Shown in pieces: positions 48,101 through 59,933 of a DNA stretch of 64,000 nt (within the stretch, counting starts at the first letter, position 1; the number at the start of each line of letters is the position of its first letter). The position numbers and the translations under genes were made by a program. The notes beneath the pieces were generated by a model that made no database searches, was not told the origin of the DNA, and was given only the letters and a program-made list of their open reading frames with translations. The stretch is from a virus. Taxonomy: Duplodnaviria; Heunggongvirae; Uroviricota; Caudoviricetes. The stretch lies in the IMG/VR virus record IMGVR_UViG_3300011904_000029, positions 70,312 through 134,311 of that record. One strand, 5' to 3'.

Positions 48101-51100
48101 ATGTGTTCATAGTGGTGACATTATGAGCCTACGCTGACCAACCTTTTCTCCCATTATTAAGGTTGAAGATAGAGTCTGAACTACGCCTATAACCTGGAAG
48201 TGAAAGCGTAGAGGTAAGCAGAAATGACTTACCCCTTCTATTTAGTAGAAGAGTAACAAATTGGTTAGTTTGGAAAAAAGTATCGGCTATACAACTGCGA
48301 TAGCTCAAGTTACCCGTGAATCTGGTAAAAAAAATTTGCCCTATATACTAGCAATAGTATATATGCATCCTTTAAATTGCTGGAAACCCCTTAGAGCCTA
48401 TTAAACTACAACGTAACTGGGAACGGTAAGCGTGAATGTTTGAAAATTAATAGGATTGGGCAATCAGCAGCGAAACCTCAATAACGAGGGACGTTCAACG
48501 ACTATAATAAGGACATCCTAATGGGATGAAGGGATAGTCTAGACCCTTTAAAATACTGTGAAAACAGGGGTATTTAACGAGTGTCATAGGTAACAGCTTG
48601 AAATCCATTTATTCTCGTATCACTAGTATTGATGGTGCGGTTGACCTTCTTAATTCAATTGGAATTTCTGTTAAAGAATCTTCTGGAGAAATGCGCAAAG
48701 TAGAAGATATCATTCAAGATTTGAGTTTACAGTGGAGTGGGCTTTCAAAAGAAATGCAGCAGAATCTTGGTCTTCAAATAGCAGGGCGCTATCAACTCAG
48801 CCGTTTTCTAATCCTTATGAACCAATATGATGAGGTCTTAGCTTCTACTGAAGCTGCTACCAACTCAGCCGGATCAGCATATAGGGAAAACGCTGAATAT
48901 TTAAAATCGTATGAGGCTAGGTTAAACACAGTAAGAAACGAATTTACTCAGGCTGCAATTGCAATGCAGAAGTCTTTTGTTGGCGATGGCATAATTGCAT
49001 TTGTGGAAGTTGGTACTACTTTCTTACAAACTTTAACCAACATCATAAATAAAGTTGGTCTACTTCCATCTGCCTTTGGACTTGCAACAGCAGCTACAAT
49101 GCTTCTTAATCGTAGTTTCAGAGAAACTGCTATGATTAATGGTATGTATTTTCTTGACTTCTTAAAAAATCTTCCTCAAAACTTAAATAAAGCTACAATT
49201 GCCACTGGCGCTATGACAGCAGCAACAAATACCCAGGCTGTAGCTATGAATGTTGCAACTGTTGCAGGAAGAGGATTGGGAACAACAATGACATTTTTAG
49301 CGGGCATAGCTCTACCTGTCGCTGCATTCATGGCTTTGGGTACTGCAATATCCTTTGCTACCAGTAAAATTATAGAACATAGACAAGAACAGAAAGATCT
49401 TAAAGAAAAGTTTGAAGAAGATACAAAAAAGAATATAGACGCAATCACGAACAACAAAGAGCAGGTAGACGAATTAATTTCATCATATAAAGATTTATCA
49501 TCTGCGGCCAATGAAAGAAACTTAAATGTTGATGAAGAACAAGAGTATCTTTCTATTCAACAAGAATTAGCTGAATTGTTTCCTGGATTAGTGAAAGAGA
49601 TAGACAGTAAGGGGCAAGCTCATATAAAGTCTGCTGAAGGAATAGATCAGGAAGTCGAAGCAACAGAGAGGTTACTGTCCCTTGAAAGAGAACGAATAAT
49701 TAACGAAGCAGAAGATAATTATTCAAAAAGAATTGATTCTCTAAAAGATTATAAGAATGAAATTGATGAACTTGAAAGAAGATTGGAATCACTCTCAGAA
49801 TCAGAAGAGAAAAACAAGACTCTATGGAAAGATGATCAGATAGCAGAGAATCATAAAAAACTGCGAAATGAATTAGAAAGAGAATTGATATATCAGCAAA
49901 CTCTTTATGCAAATGCTGCTCAGGGGATTTCATCAGAAGTTGAAAATGTGTTTAGCGCTACTGTCAATTCTATGTCTGGGTTTACTCCTCAATTAGAAAG
50001 TGCAATTAATACAATTTTTTCATCTATTGATTTTTCTAGCCAAAAATCTGCTGAAGAAATAAGTAATATTGAAAAACAGATGGCATCATTTGCAAAAGAA
50101 TTAAATGATGCGTTTAAAGCAGAAGATAGAACAAAATTTAGTCAGATTGCTGATGAATTAAAGGAATTTTTAAGTGCTCAAGGTATGAGTGAGTCTGCTT
50201 TAAACGGATTGAATATATCTTATAATGATTTAAAAACAGCAGTTGAGAACTACAAGGACGCAAAAGAAGAGGCAAATAAAATTGATGAAGAAGGAATAGA
50301 AAACACTGAAGCTCAAATGGAAGAAAACGCTGAACTTAAAAAGAGCTACGATGATGCAATTGCCAACATAAAATCACTAAACGAAGTAGTTAATGAATTA
50401 AATGAAGGTCATGGTTTATCTGCTGATAAAATCGGCTTTTTAATGGAAAATTATGAACATCTTCTTCCATATCTTAATAATGAAACAAAACTGCGTCAAA
50501 AAATTCAAGAAGAATTACTCAAAGAAGAAAGAATTGCTAAAAATGTAATGCTCAATAAGCTCTCATATAATGAGCAATTTTATAGGAATACTATTAATGC
50601 AAATAATGCCTATGTTAAATCAATGCATAGTAAATATGGAATTGATCTAAAATCATTTAAAAATCTAGCTGAAGCTAAAGCAGCAGTAGAAGGAAAATTA
50701 CTAAACACTCTTTCTGCAAGCTGGAATTCTTATTACAGTTCAGTAGCTCATGCTTTAGCATCTATTCGAGCAGCAACAGGTGGAATATTTGGTGCAGTAG
50801 TTGGCGGAGCAATGCAAGCTTATTCATTTGCTCAAGACTATACGTCATTTATGAAACCGTTGGTAGATTTCAATAACATTTTCCTTGATCAAATTGGAGA
50901 TCTCACAGACGGAGCAATTGCTAAGAATGGATTATCCGATGCCACTAAAAAGGGAACAAAAGCTCAAAAAGACGCCAATAAAGAATATGAACATTCTATT
51001 TATGTATCCGATAAATTCAAGCAAGCTTTAGAAAAACTAAATCTTCAATTAGAAAAACAAAAAGCATTACAAGAGTCTCTTCCTAAGCATTCTAAGAAAT

Positions 51101-53451
51101 ATCGTGATGCCCTACAAAAAGAAATTAATTTACTAAAAGAGAAAAATAAATTAATTAAGGATGAACAAAAATCCATAGAAAAGCAAATCAAATCAGGGAA
51201 AATTCAACAAAAAGGGATTGTTCAAGTTCCTTCTTCTGGGGTAACTCCAGTATCAACTAAATCAACCAAAGTATCTGGCTACTCAGGTAAGTATGCAAAA
51301 GAAATCAGTGCTGCTTCTAAGAAATATGGTGTAGACCCTTATTTAATTGCAGCCATCATAAAACAAGAATCTAACTTTAATCCAAATGCTCGTTCACATG
51401 TAGGCGCACAAGGGTTAATGCAATTAATGCCAGCTACAGCTCGTGGTCTAGGTGTTAAAAATGCTTATAATCCTGCTGAAAATATTATGGGTGGAACAAA
51501 ATATATAGCGCAACAATTGAAAGCATTTGGTGGAGATTTACAAAAAGCGTTAGCTGCTTATAATGCTGGCCCAGGCAATGTTAGAAAATATGGTGGAATC
51601 CCTCCATTTAGGGAAACTCAAAATTATGTTAAAAAGATAGTAAGTGACTATAATTCAAAGATAGCCAAGTCTACATCTACTGTTGTTAAAACAGCTACTC
51701 AGACTGCTTCACAGAATGTTGCAAGTTATTACTTAAACAACTTCCGTCAGACTTCTAAATTTGGCGATACAGCAGGACGTTCATCAGCACATAAAGGTTT
51801 AGACTTTGCTAATGGTAGACAAGGTGATCCAGTTAAGGCTTTGCGTGGTGGTAAGGTAATAACAGCCACATACAGCAATTCTGCCGGATATTGGGTTGTC
51901 GTCCAACAAGACGATGGCACTGTTGCAAAATATATGCACATGCAGAAAGGTCTTAATGTTAAAGCAGGACAAACTATTAAGGCTGGACAACAACTAGGTA
52001 AAGTTGGCAACACTGGACATTCAACTGGTGCACACTTGCATTTGCAAATTGAACAAGGTGGAAAAGCAATTGACCCACTTCCATATATGAAAGAATTGCA
52101 ATCAAAACAGTCTAAAGAGGTTGCTCAACAAGCTAAAGATGTGGATGATGCTAGGTCAACATTGAATCAGTTGGAACAGGACTCCTTAGAAATAGAAAAA
52201 CAACTCCGGCAGTTATACATGGATATAATTGAGAGTCAATTGGCAGAATTCGATAGAATTAAAGAGTCTTATGAAGATGACTTAGCTAAGATTGATCTAA
52301 TACAAAAACGTGAAGTATCCACTTCTAAACAATGGTTAAATCAACAAGCCAAAAAAGAAGAAATACTAAAAAAGCAAATTGATCAAGAAAAGAAAGCAAT
52401 TAAGTTTATTGATCAACAAATTAAAGCTAATAAAAATCTAAACAAGGCACAAAAAGCACTTCTTGAAGACCAGTTAACTGATAGATATAAGACATTATCT
52501 TCTTTAGAAAGCAATCTTCTTGATGAGCGTATATCAATGGCAGAGACCATTATTGATACATACAAAAAGGGATTGGAAGCTCAAAAGAAAGCTGCTATTG
52601 ATGCAATTGATGAAATAATTAAAGGAATAAACAAGTCTGCTGACGATGAATCCTACAAAAAGAAACTAGAAAAAGCTCAAAAAGACCGACAAGAAATCCT
52701 AGATGAAATTGCAAGCCTTTCTTTAGATGATTCTGATGCAGCAAAGAAAAGAATATCAGAGCTTCAAAAACAACTCCAGGAACAAGAAGAGTCTTTGTTC
52801 GAGATGCAAGAAGATAGAGCAAGAGAAGAACGAATTGCAAATCTAGAAGAGCAGAAAGAAGAAATTGAAAATAAATATGATGATCTTCTAAATGATGAGC
52901 GTAAATTTAATAAAATGCGTTCAGATATTATCAATTCAAATACTAAGCAAATTCGAAAAGACTTAGACAAGTTTTATGCAGATATTAAAAAGAATACTAA
53001 AATTTTAGGGAAATCTATTTCTAATAATCTAATTGATTTAATAAACCAAGCAAACTCTTATATGGGGAATAAAAAGAATAAGCCGATAAAGATTGCTCAA
53101 GCCAAAACAGGTGGACTATTGCCATCTTGGGGGCCTGAAGGGAAAGCCATGATTGTTCATGAAGATGAGATGATCTTGAGTAAACCTGATACATCTAATT
53201 TCCTAGAAGCAATGAAGGTGTCTGAAGATGTAGTTAGCAGTATTCCTAAGAATCTATTTAGTAACCTTCCTAAGCTACCTAAGATTCCACAAATACAAGC
53301 TCCGGTCATTGGCGGAGAACAGAGCAGTACGACAATTAACTATGGTGGCATCACTTTAAGAGTTGATAATTTGAACGGTAATAAAAATGATGCAGAATTT
53401 CTTTTACAAGAGTTTGTCAATGGAATTAAAGCAAAAGGTGGACGAATATAA
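45179..53451 (+). CDS. tape measure protein with lytic transglycosylase and M23 peptidase domains (SPbeta YomI/CwlP-like), spliced: join(45179..46501,46778..46852,48264..48326,48580..53451), 2110 aa
   Basis: The spliced junction reads NEVD|[25 protein letters not shown]|[21 protein letters not shown]|[13 protein letters not shown], a continuous TP901-type TMP motif; SLT motif QESNFN...GLMQLM; M23 motifs HKGLD and HLH. Confidence 0.9.
46502..46777 (+). mobile_element. group I intron 1 (276 nt, no ORF)
   Basis: 5' exon ends in U and intron ends in G; P1 GGAU/GUCC; tgctggaaa (46548), aatcagcag (46632); P7 gactat/atagtc (46684/46717). Confidence 0.9.
46853..48263 (+). mobile_element. group I intron 2 (1411 nt) carrying a homing endonuclease ORF
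   Basis: 5' exon ends in U and intron ends in G; P1 CGGU/GCCG; atcggtg/caccga pairing (46902/46928); taacgactat (48093) and agagtc (48171); ORF lies between these core elements. Confidence 0.9.
46998..48053 (+). CDS. intron-encoded endonuclease: five CxxC...CxxxC zinc-finger repeats plus a Vsr-like (EDxHD/DUF559-type) nuclease domain
   Basis: TKPERII...FVVDFYLP...[12 protein letters not shown]; GGAGG RBS before the ATG at 46998. Confidence 0.85.
   Translation: MLIVCTYCSKKLNKKPSQIKRSKNHFCDKKCHNKWMRGKTRPEKQNKVKHNCHQCDKPMEVENYKYKRFLNGEIKNLFCNKNCLADWQRVNFKGEKSSKFNRITKKCGFCDEEYSIPKSRENTSKYCSNECHSNSRIEDIVVECNYCDSMFTKKRAQIKDRNFCSKSCSSKWNSENNNLQVAKECFACNKKYKVHRSRAESSKTCSRECHGIWLKEYYFKTEKGKQHLINNGVKSQLTQKHSDTKPERIIKELLIHKNIEFIPQHLMYDKFVVDFYLPKENIVIEVFGDYWHGNPLFYGELGTMKPLTEKQIKQKNKDKAREAYLKKCGHAFYILWEHDIYNNLEEVIEFL
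48327..48579 (+). mobile_element. group I intron 3 (253 nt, no ORF)
   Basis: 5' exon ends in U and intron ends in G; P1 GGU/GCC; attgctggaaa (48376), aatcagcag (48462); P7 gactat/atagtc (48500/48534). Confidence 0.9.
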
Positions 53452-53458
53452 GAGTTTG

Positions 53459-53485
53459 GAGTCAGTCGAAAGACTGGCTCTTTTT
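53459..53485 (+). terminator. intrinsic terminator between the tape-measure and distal-tail genes
   Basis: gagtcagtc-GAAA-gactggctc plus T5. Confidence 0.8.
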
Positions 53486-53506
53486 GTTTGAAAGGGTGAT
53501 TGGTGG

Positions 53507-54283
53507 GTGATAAGAGAAAGTCTATATTTTTCTTTTGCAGGAAGAAGATCAACTGAGTTTGGAATATACAATGTTAATACTGAAGGTGGATTAATAGGAG
53601 AGCCAGTTGTTGCATCAAGAACAATTAATGAAGTATCAGTAAGAAATAACCCTAAACCATATTTTATTGACACAAGTAAAGAACCTAAAAAAATAGCATT
53701 AAATTTTTCATTATTAGAAGAGAAAATGACAGATGAATTAGAAAATGAAATTATCAGGTGGTTAGATGTAGATTTTTATCAACCATTATTTTTTAGTGAA
53801 AACATTGATCGTGTGTTTTATGCGATGCCAGTTGAAGGAATGGATTTTATCCATAACTGTATTAGACAAGGGTATATCACTCTTACAATGAGATGTGATT
53901 CTCCATTTGGGTATAGCCACGATATTACAACACCTTGGTATGAGTTTATAAAAGGTAACCCAACATACAAAGACACCTTAGAGATTGAAAATAGAGGTCA
54001 TCATTCATTTAAACCGGAAATATGGATTCAAAAGGTTGGAGATGGTAATATCACTATTCATAATCTATCAAATGGCTTAAAGAAAACAAAACTCGCTAAT
54101 CTAAAAGATGGAGAAGAAGTTTACATTGACTGTGAACATAAAATTATTGAATCAAGTCTCCCAAACATTTGGAGATACGATGATTTTAATGATGAATATT
54201 TAGAGATTGTATATGGAAAAAATCTCTTAAAAATAGATGGACAAGCAAAAATTAAATTTAAATACAGATATATTTTTTCATAA
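53507..54283 (+). CDS. distal tail protein (Dit, YomH-like)
   Basis: Position after TMP; FSFAGRRSTEFGI start and DFNDEYLEIVYGKN end typical of Dit. Confidence 0.8.
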   Translation: MIRESLYFSFAGRRSTEFGIYNVNTEGGLIGEPVVASRTINEVSVRNNPKPYFIDTSKEPKKIALNFSLLEEKMTDELENEIIRWLDVDFYQPLFFSENIDRVFYAMPVEGMDFIHNCIRQGYITLTMRCDSPFGYSHDITTPWYEFIKGNPTYKDTLEIENRGHHSFKPEIWIQKVGDGNITIHNLSNGLKKTKLANLKDGEEVYIDCEHKIIESSLPNIWRYDDFNDEYLEIVYGKNLLKIDGQAKIKFKYRYIFS

Positions 54284-54300
54284 AGGAGGAGTGAACATAA

Positions 54301-57300
54301 GTGAGTTTTTTAACAGAAAAATTAGAGCCACAACGGTTAGAGCTATTCTTAGCAAAACCCAATAAGATAGTTATTGGTAATTTGCATCATATTAAGAATG
54401 AACGACTAAAATTAAAGCATGGTGAAGTAAATGAACTTTCCTTCACTCTTCCTTATGAAGTAGTTATGAGAAATAAACTAGCAAGAAATCCACATATAGA
54501 TAACATTAGAGAAAAGTTCTTCATCAAGATGAAACTTGGTGAAATAGAAGAATGGTTTATTATTACAAAATTAAGCAAGAAAGCCGAGAGCACTGACGAT
54601 TTAGACGTTCAGTGTTTTTCTTTGGGTTATCAGTTATCTTATCAGAGAATGATTGACTATGTTGGCAAATCACTTAACTGCTTACAGGTACTTACAGATT
54701 GTCTAAAAGGAACGTCTTGGGAAGTTGGCTATATTAATCCTGAATTTAATTTAAAACATCGGCAATTTGATGTTTCCAGTAAATCTAAGCTTGAGTTTCT
54801 TTATGAAATTGCAGAGACATTTGAGGGCATTGTAAAGTTTGACACTATCAATAGCAAAATAAACATCTATAAAGAGGAAGAAATATCACAACACAAAGGA
54901 TTCTGGATCGAGGAAGGAAAGTATCTAGAAAATATTGAGAGCATAACTGATGCTGATGAAATTGTCACAAGACTTTTTGTAAAAGGTAGTGATAACTTAA
55001 CAATAAATAGTGTTAACCCTACTGGACAATCTTATGTTGATGATTTTTCTTATTTTTTATCACCATTTGAAATGGATGAGGATGGAAATATTATCTCCCA
55101 TAGTGACTTCATGAGCGATGATTTGTGTATTGGAATAATCAATTACAATAAAACGGCATCTTCTCTAAAAGGTGAATTTGCAAAATTATTAGACGAGAAA
55201 AAATCAATTCAACTAAGAAAAACTGAAGCAGAAAACAAGCTTAATCAATTAAACCACGAATTAACGCTTATTTTAGATCGTCTTGATGTTGCTAAAAAAC
55301 TTGGTGAAAATACATCTCAAATTATTTTAGAAAGAGATAGAAAACAAAGTGAAATTAAAAATCAAAAACAGACAATCGAATCTATAAACAAAAGCATTGA
55401 ATCAGTTGACAAAAAAATTGATGACCTTAAACATCAATTGAATATAGAAAATCATTTAAGTGAAAAGCTTTTATCTGAGTTAACTAATTTTATTCAGGTG
55501 GCAGAGTGGTCTGATGACAATCAAATCGACCCAAATGATCTGTATGAAGAAGCCTTAAAACATATTAAGACTGTAAACTCTCCCCCAATTAACATGAAAA
55601 TTGGACTAGTGAATTTCCTTGAAATGACCACTGAAAGTCATAACTGGAAAAGATTAAATCCTGGTGACATTGTTAAAACAAAACATAAAAAATTAAATAT
55701 TTGGGTATCAGCTAAAATAGTTGAAATTGAAATAGATTTTGAAAATGCCACAATTGATACTTCTATCTCTAATGTTAAAGAAATAGAGACTGCAAAAAAG
55801 AAAATAGAGCGTCTCTTTTACACCGTGGATAGAGTTGATACTGATTACAATGCTCGAAAAACTGATTGGATTAAAATGACTCAAAATTATAATTTGAGAA
55901 ATGACAGAATCAAAGAAGCTCCTGCCAATCCTCTTAGTTTAAGTGTTTCACATCAAGAAAATGATGATGGATCAGTTAGTCTTGTAGCGAATTGGGCTTA
56001 TCCAAATTACTCTGAGACAAATAAAAATAAAGATAATATTGATGGATTCATTGTCTATCTTTACTCTGATATAGATGACACACCATATATCTTTGGATCT
56101 CGAATGGCTAATGAAACAATTATTCCTGAATTACACTATGACACAAGAACATATACATTCCCTAGTGTTCCCGCAAATAAATTTTACACTGTCGGTGTTA
56201 GGGCATATCGAAGGGTAGATCCAGATATAGATATTGAAGAGATATTATTCTCTGATATTTTATCGTCTGGAAATCCATATCAACCTAAAAACACTCCTAA
56301 TTTTAAAGGTAAAATAAATGGCTCCAATTATTCAGTGGCTCCAGAAGTTGATAAACCTATTAATCCAGACAAAGGAGATATTTGGGTAAATACGGATGAT
56401 GCTAAAATACGTGTTTGGAACGGAGAAAAATGGAAAGTTGATAATGCTTACCAAGACTCTAAAGACTACACAGATTTAATTGTTGGAAAAACAGAGGAAG
56501 AAATACGAAAAAAAGTTGAAGAAGCTCTCAAAGAAGTCGATGAGGCTATGCAGCGTGTCGATGAAGAAATGGAACGTATTGAAAATGAAGTTATACCAGA
56601 AATAGAACAGGCAATTAAAGATAGTCATATACCTAGACAGGACTCCCCACCAAACCCAGAAGATCATAAATTATGGATGGACACATCGAAAGAGCCACCT
56701 AGATTCATGCAATATGATGAAGAGAAATCTAAATGGGTTTCTGTTGCTCCTACTGAAGATGAGATTAATCAGATAATTGAAGACATGCGTAATAGTGTTG
56801 TGCAAGAAAATCGTCAATATACCGAAGAAGAAATACTAGCAGTTAAACAAACTCTTCTTAACCAGTTATACACTGAAATTGGAGATGTTAATTCATCAAT
56901 ATCTGATTTGCGTACTCGGGCTGAAGGTGTAGACGGAACATTGATCACCATGCATCAAGATATTAATAGAATTGACGGTAGTTTAACATCTACAATTAAT
57001 CAAATCACTAATATTGATGGAGTAATTAGTGAACATACAACCACTTTGCAGCAATATTATGATGCTATTCAAGCTAAGGCTGAAAAGGATGAGGTTTATA
57101 CTCGGACGCAGACTGATGGATTACTTGGTGATAAGGTGGACTATACAGTCTATAGCAATAAAATGGCATTACTAGATATTGATATTGATGGAATATCTAA
57201 TAAGGTCAGCAATACCGAAACGAGCATTGATAGTTTAACAGGTGAACTTACTAATGCTACGAGTCAAATTGCCCAATTGAACATTCGAGCTGATGGGATT

Positions 57301-59871
57301 GTACAGAGCGTGAGTGAGGTTCGGGCTGATTTAGATGGACTGGAGATTGGTGGACGGAATTTATTAAAAGATAGCAAACGGAACATAAACACTACGACAT
57401 ATGACGTCGCAAGTTATAATTTTTCTGAACCGATGGTAGCTGGTGAAACCTATGCCTGTAGCATCATGCTTAAAATAACAAATAGAACGCAAAGGTTTGC
57501 GTTATACAATTCAGGTGGAACAGATGGGCTAAGTGGTTGGGTATCTATTCCAAGTGACAAACAAGGGGTTATGTCTCTTTTCACATTCACTTTTACGGGT
57601 AAAGAAGTAGGTAGCAATACGTTTTTGAGAGTTTATTCTGGAGTAAATGGAGAAACTGGTCGTACTGAAATCGAATGGATAAAACTCGAAAAAGGCAACA
57701 AAGCAACTGATTGGACCCCTGCCCCAGAAGACACAGATGCACGCATCACATCAACCGAAGCATCTATCACAACTTTGGCAGGACAGATTGAACTTAAAGC
57801 AAGCCAAATAAGTGCCCTCGACAACCGCATGACTGCTAATGAGTCTAGGATTGATCTATTACCTAATGAGATTAACTTAGCAGTCACCCAAGGGATTGGT
57901 CGTCTGAATATTGGTGGAACTAACCTGCAAACAGGAACATCTAACGAGTTTAAAAGTGTGTCTTGGTCTAGCTGGAATGTATACCCCAATGGTTCGACTT
58001 CATCTGTTTATATACCTGTAGCACCTGGAGAAGAATATACGGTCAGAACGTATTACAGAAATGTAACTGGAACGGCGCTTGTTGGGATTAGGGTGCTCTG
58101 GAGGAGCAGTGATGGAACCATTGTACAGGAATCCCCAAACGGCACTGGTGTAGCGCCCGGGGAAGAGGGATATGCCCAACTAACAACCAAAGCACCTACA
58201 GGGGCAGTATATGCGACTCCAGTGTTGCGTAGGTATTCAAACACAGGAACCAGCACAGCGCATTACAAAGATTTCAAGTTTGAAAAAGGAAATAAGGCTA
58301 CTGATTGGTCACCAGCCCCAGAGGATCAAGTTGATAAAACCAATGTTTTATCATCAATCAATCTATCAAATGAAGGCGTAAAAATCCAAGGTTCTAAAAT
58401 TGATATTGCAGGATTAGTCACTGTCCTTAACGCAGATGGGACAGCAGGTACATTAATTAATGGAAATAAAATTGTAACAGGTAGCTTAACAGCAAATCGA
58501 CTAAACGTAAATGAAATATTTGGAAACTCAGCCGTTATCGCTAAGATTCAATCTGACAGCGTATTAACGGCTAATTTGAGTGCCACGAAAATCACAACTG
58601 GAACACTCAACGCAGCCAATGTAGCTATTGTGAATTTAAGTGCCTCAAGTATTATTAGTGGAACATTAGATGCTTCTAAAGTTAATGTAGCTAATCTTAA
58701 TGCAAGTAACATTAAGAGTGGAACATTGACGGCTATAGATATTACTGGCGTAAATATAACTGGTAGCAGATTCGTTTCTCAAGTTAGCTCTACAAATTAC
58801 ACCTTAATTGAAGGAGGATATTTAGAGTCAAGAGGCAGGTTTGTAAGAACCTGGCTAGGAAGCACCAAAACTCATGATATTAAAATGAGATTTGAGAACG
58901 GATATTTACGAGCCAGGAATGACACAGAAGATCACTCACTATATTATACTGATTTTGGTATCTCTACATATGCAGATGGTTCTGGCCCAAGTGATGGGGC
59001 ATCTGGAACATTAGCTTTTCGTGATACTACATATAGTACTGCTCAGGGTGTGACACTTCAATCGTCATCAGGGGTTGTTGCATTAAGGTCAGATAACAAT
59101 AGGGTCGTATTAGATGCTAATAATACTGTTAGTATTGAGTCATCTCAATACTCTATTTATTTCCGTCCATATCGAGACAGTCGTGCTGGAACAAACGATT
59201 TTCGGATGTGGGTAAAAGATAATCCATCCTATAATGGCACAGATGGAGTTCTTTCTTATGGTACTCCATCTGTAGGTCAATCCAGTGGCTTACGATTCAC
59301 AAAATCAATTGGCGGAGAGCGAATTATCTATGCAACAAATGGTAATGGAGACAAAGGTACTGGTGCTTTCCATGCACCTCAGATGTATGCTAACAATATT
59401 GACACTGCTACTGATGATGCAGATACAATTTTGTATATTCGCTCAAACAAAGAAATTAGAGCAACAAAAAGAGGGACTTCTGGTACCAATTCTGTTTTTG
59501 TTCCTGTTAGAGCTTCAGCTTTTCCTACTGGTTCAATGGCTAAATATAAACAAGATATACACGAATGGACGGAATCAGCATTAGATAAGATTAAAAACAC
59601 AACAATTTATGAGTATCGTTTAAAATCCGAAATTGAAGAAGGCGTAGATAGATTGCGCCAAGGATTAGTCATTGGGAGCGGTTATAACACTCCTTCTGGT
59701 CTTATTGATGGGGATGGTATAGAGCAATATTTAATGAACACTTGGAATATGAAAGCAATTCAAGAGTTATCAGCCATTCAAGAAAATCAAGAAGACGAGA
59801 TCAATTACTTAAAAATTGAAATTCAATACTTGAAACAAAAAATAAAACTACTTGAAAACAAAATAAGTTAA
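54301..59871 (+). CDS. baseplate hub/tail spike (YomG-like): endopeptidase-tail N-terminus, two carbohydrate-binding-like repeats, C-terminal S74-type intramolecular chaperone
   Basis: 1856 aa; GKYLENIE...IVTRL; duplicated GGRNLL/GGTNL...EKGNKATDW.PAPED; SMAKYKQDI...IYEYRLK. Confidence 0.8.
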   Translation: MSFLTEKLEPQRLELFLAKPNKIVIGNLHHIKNERLKLKHGEVNELSFTLPYEVVMRNKLARNPHIDNIREKFFIKMKLGEIEEWFIITKLSKKAESTDDLDVQCFSLGYQLSYQRMIDYVGKSLNCLQVLTDCLKGTSWEVGYINPEFNLKHRQFDVSSKSKLEFLYEIAETFEGIVKFDTINSKINIYKEEEISQHKGFWIEEGKYLENIESITDADEIVTRLFVKGSDNLTINSVNPTGQSYVDDFSYFLSPFEMDEDGNIISHSDFMSDDLCIGIINYNKTASSLKGEFAKLLDEKKSIQLRKTEAENKLNQLNHELTLILDRLDVAKKLGENTSQIILERDRKQSEIKNQKQTIESINKSIESVDKKIDDLKHQLNIENHLSEKLLSELTNFIQVAEWSDDNQIDPNDLYEEALKHIKTVNSPPINMKIGLVNFLEMTTESHNWKRLNPGDIVKTKHKKLNIWVSAKIVEIEIDFENATIDTSISNVKEIETAKKKIERLFYTVDRVDTDYNARKTDWIKMTQNYNLRNDRIKEAPANPLSLSVSHQENDDGSVSLVANWAYPNYSETNKNKDNIDGFIVYLYSDIDDTPYIFGSRMANETIIPELHYDTRTYTFPSVPANKFYTVGVRAYRRVDPDIDIEEILFSDILSSGNPYQPKNTPNFKGKINGSNYSVAPEVDKPINPDKGDIWVNTDDAKIRVWNGEKWKVDNAYQDSKDYTDLIVGKTEEEIRKKVEEALKEVDEAMQRVDEEMERIENEVIPEIEQAIKDSHIPRQDSPPNPEDHKLWMDTSKEPPRFMQYDEEKSKWVSVAPTEDEINQIIEDMRNSVVQENRQYTEEEILAVKQTLLNQLYTEIGDVNSSISDLRTRAEGVDGTLITMHQDINRIDGSLTSTINQITNIDGVISEHTTTLQQYYDAIQAKAEKDEVYTRTQTDGLLGDKVDYTVYSNKMALLDIDIDGISNKVSNTETSIDSLTGELTNATSQIAQLNIRADGIVQSVSEVRADLDGLEIGGRNLLKDSKRNINTTTYDVASYNFSEPMVAGETYACSIMLKITNRTQRFALYNSGGTDGLSGWVSIPSDKQGVMSLFTFTFTGKEVGSNTFLRVYSGVNGETGRTEIEWIKLEKGNKATDWTPAPEDTDARITSTEASITTLAGQIELKASQISALDNRMTANESRIDLLPNEINLAVTQGIGRLNIGGTNLQTGTSNEFKSVSWSSWNVYPNGSTSSVYIPVAPGEEYTVRTYYRNVTGTALVGIRVLWRSSDGTIVQESPNGTGVAPGEEGYAQLTTKAPTGAVYATPVLRRYSNTGTSTAHYKDFKFEKGNKATDWSPAPEDQVDKTNVLSSINLSNEGVKIQGSKIDIAGLVTVLNADGTAGTLINGNKIVTGSLTANRLNVNEIFGNSAVIAKIQSDSVLTANLSATKITTGTLNAANVAIVNLSASSIISGTLDASKVNVANLNASNIKSGTLTAIDITGVNITGSRFVSQVSSTNYTLIEGGYLESRGRFVRTWLGSTKTHDIKMRFENGYLRARNDTEDHSLYYTDFGISTYADGSGPSDGASGTLAFRDTTYSTAQGVTLQSSSGVVALRSDNNRVVLDANNTVSIESSQYSIYFRPYRDSRAGTNDFRMWVKDNPSYNGTDGVLSYGTPSVGQSSGLRFTKSIGGERIIYATNGNGDKGTGAFHAPQMYANNIDTATDDADTILYIRSNKEIRATKRGTSGTNSVFVPVRASAFPTGSMAKYKQDIHEWTESALDKIKNTTIYEYRLKSEIEEGVDRLRQGLVIGSGYNTPSGLIDGDGIEQYLMNTWNMKAIQELSAIQENQEDEINYLKIEIQYLKQKIKLLENKIS

Positions 59872-59933
59872 CATAAAGAGCTGCCAATTTATTGTGGTAG
59901 CTCTTTTTTATTATCCGTAGAAAGGAGCATTCC

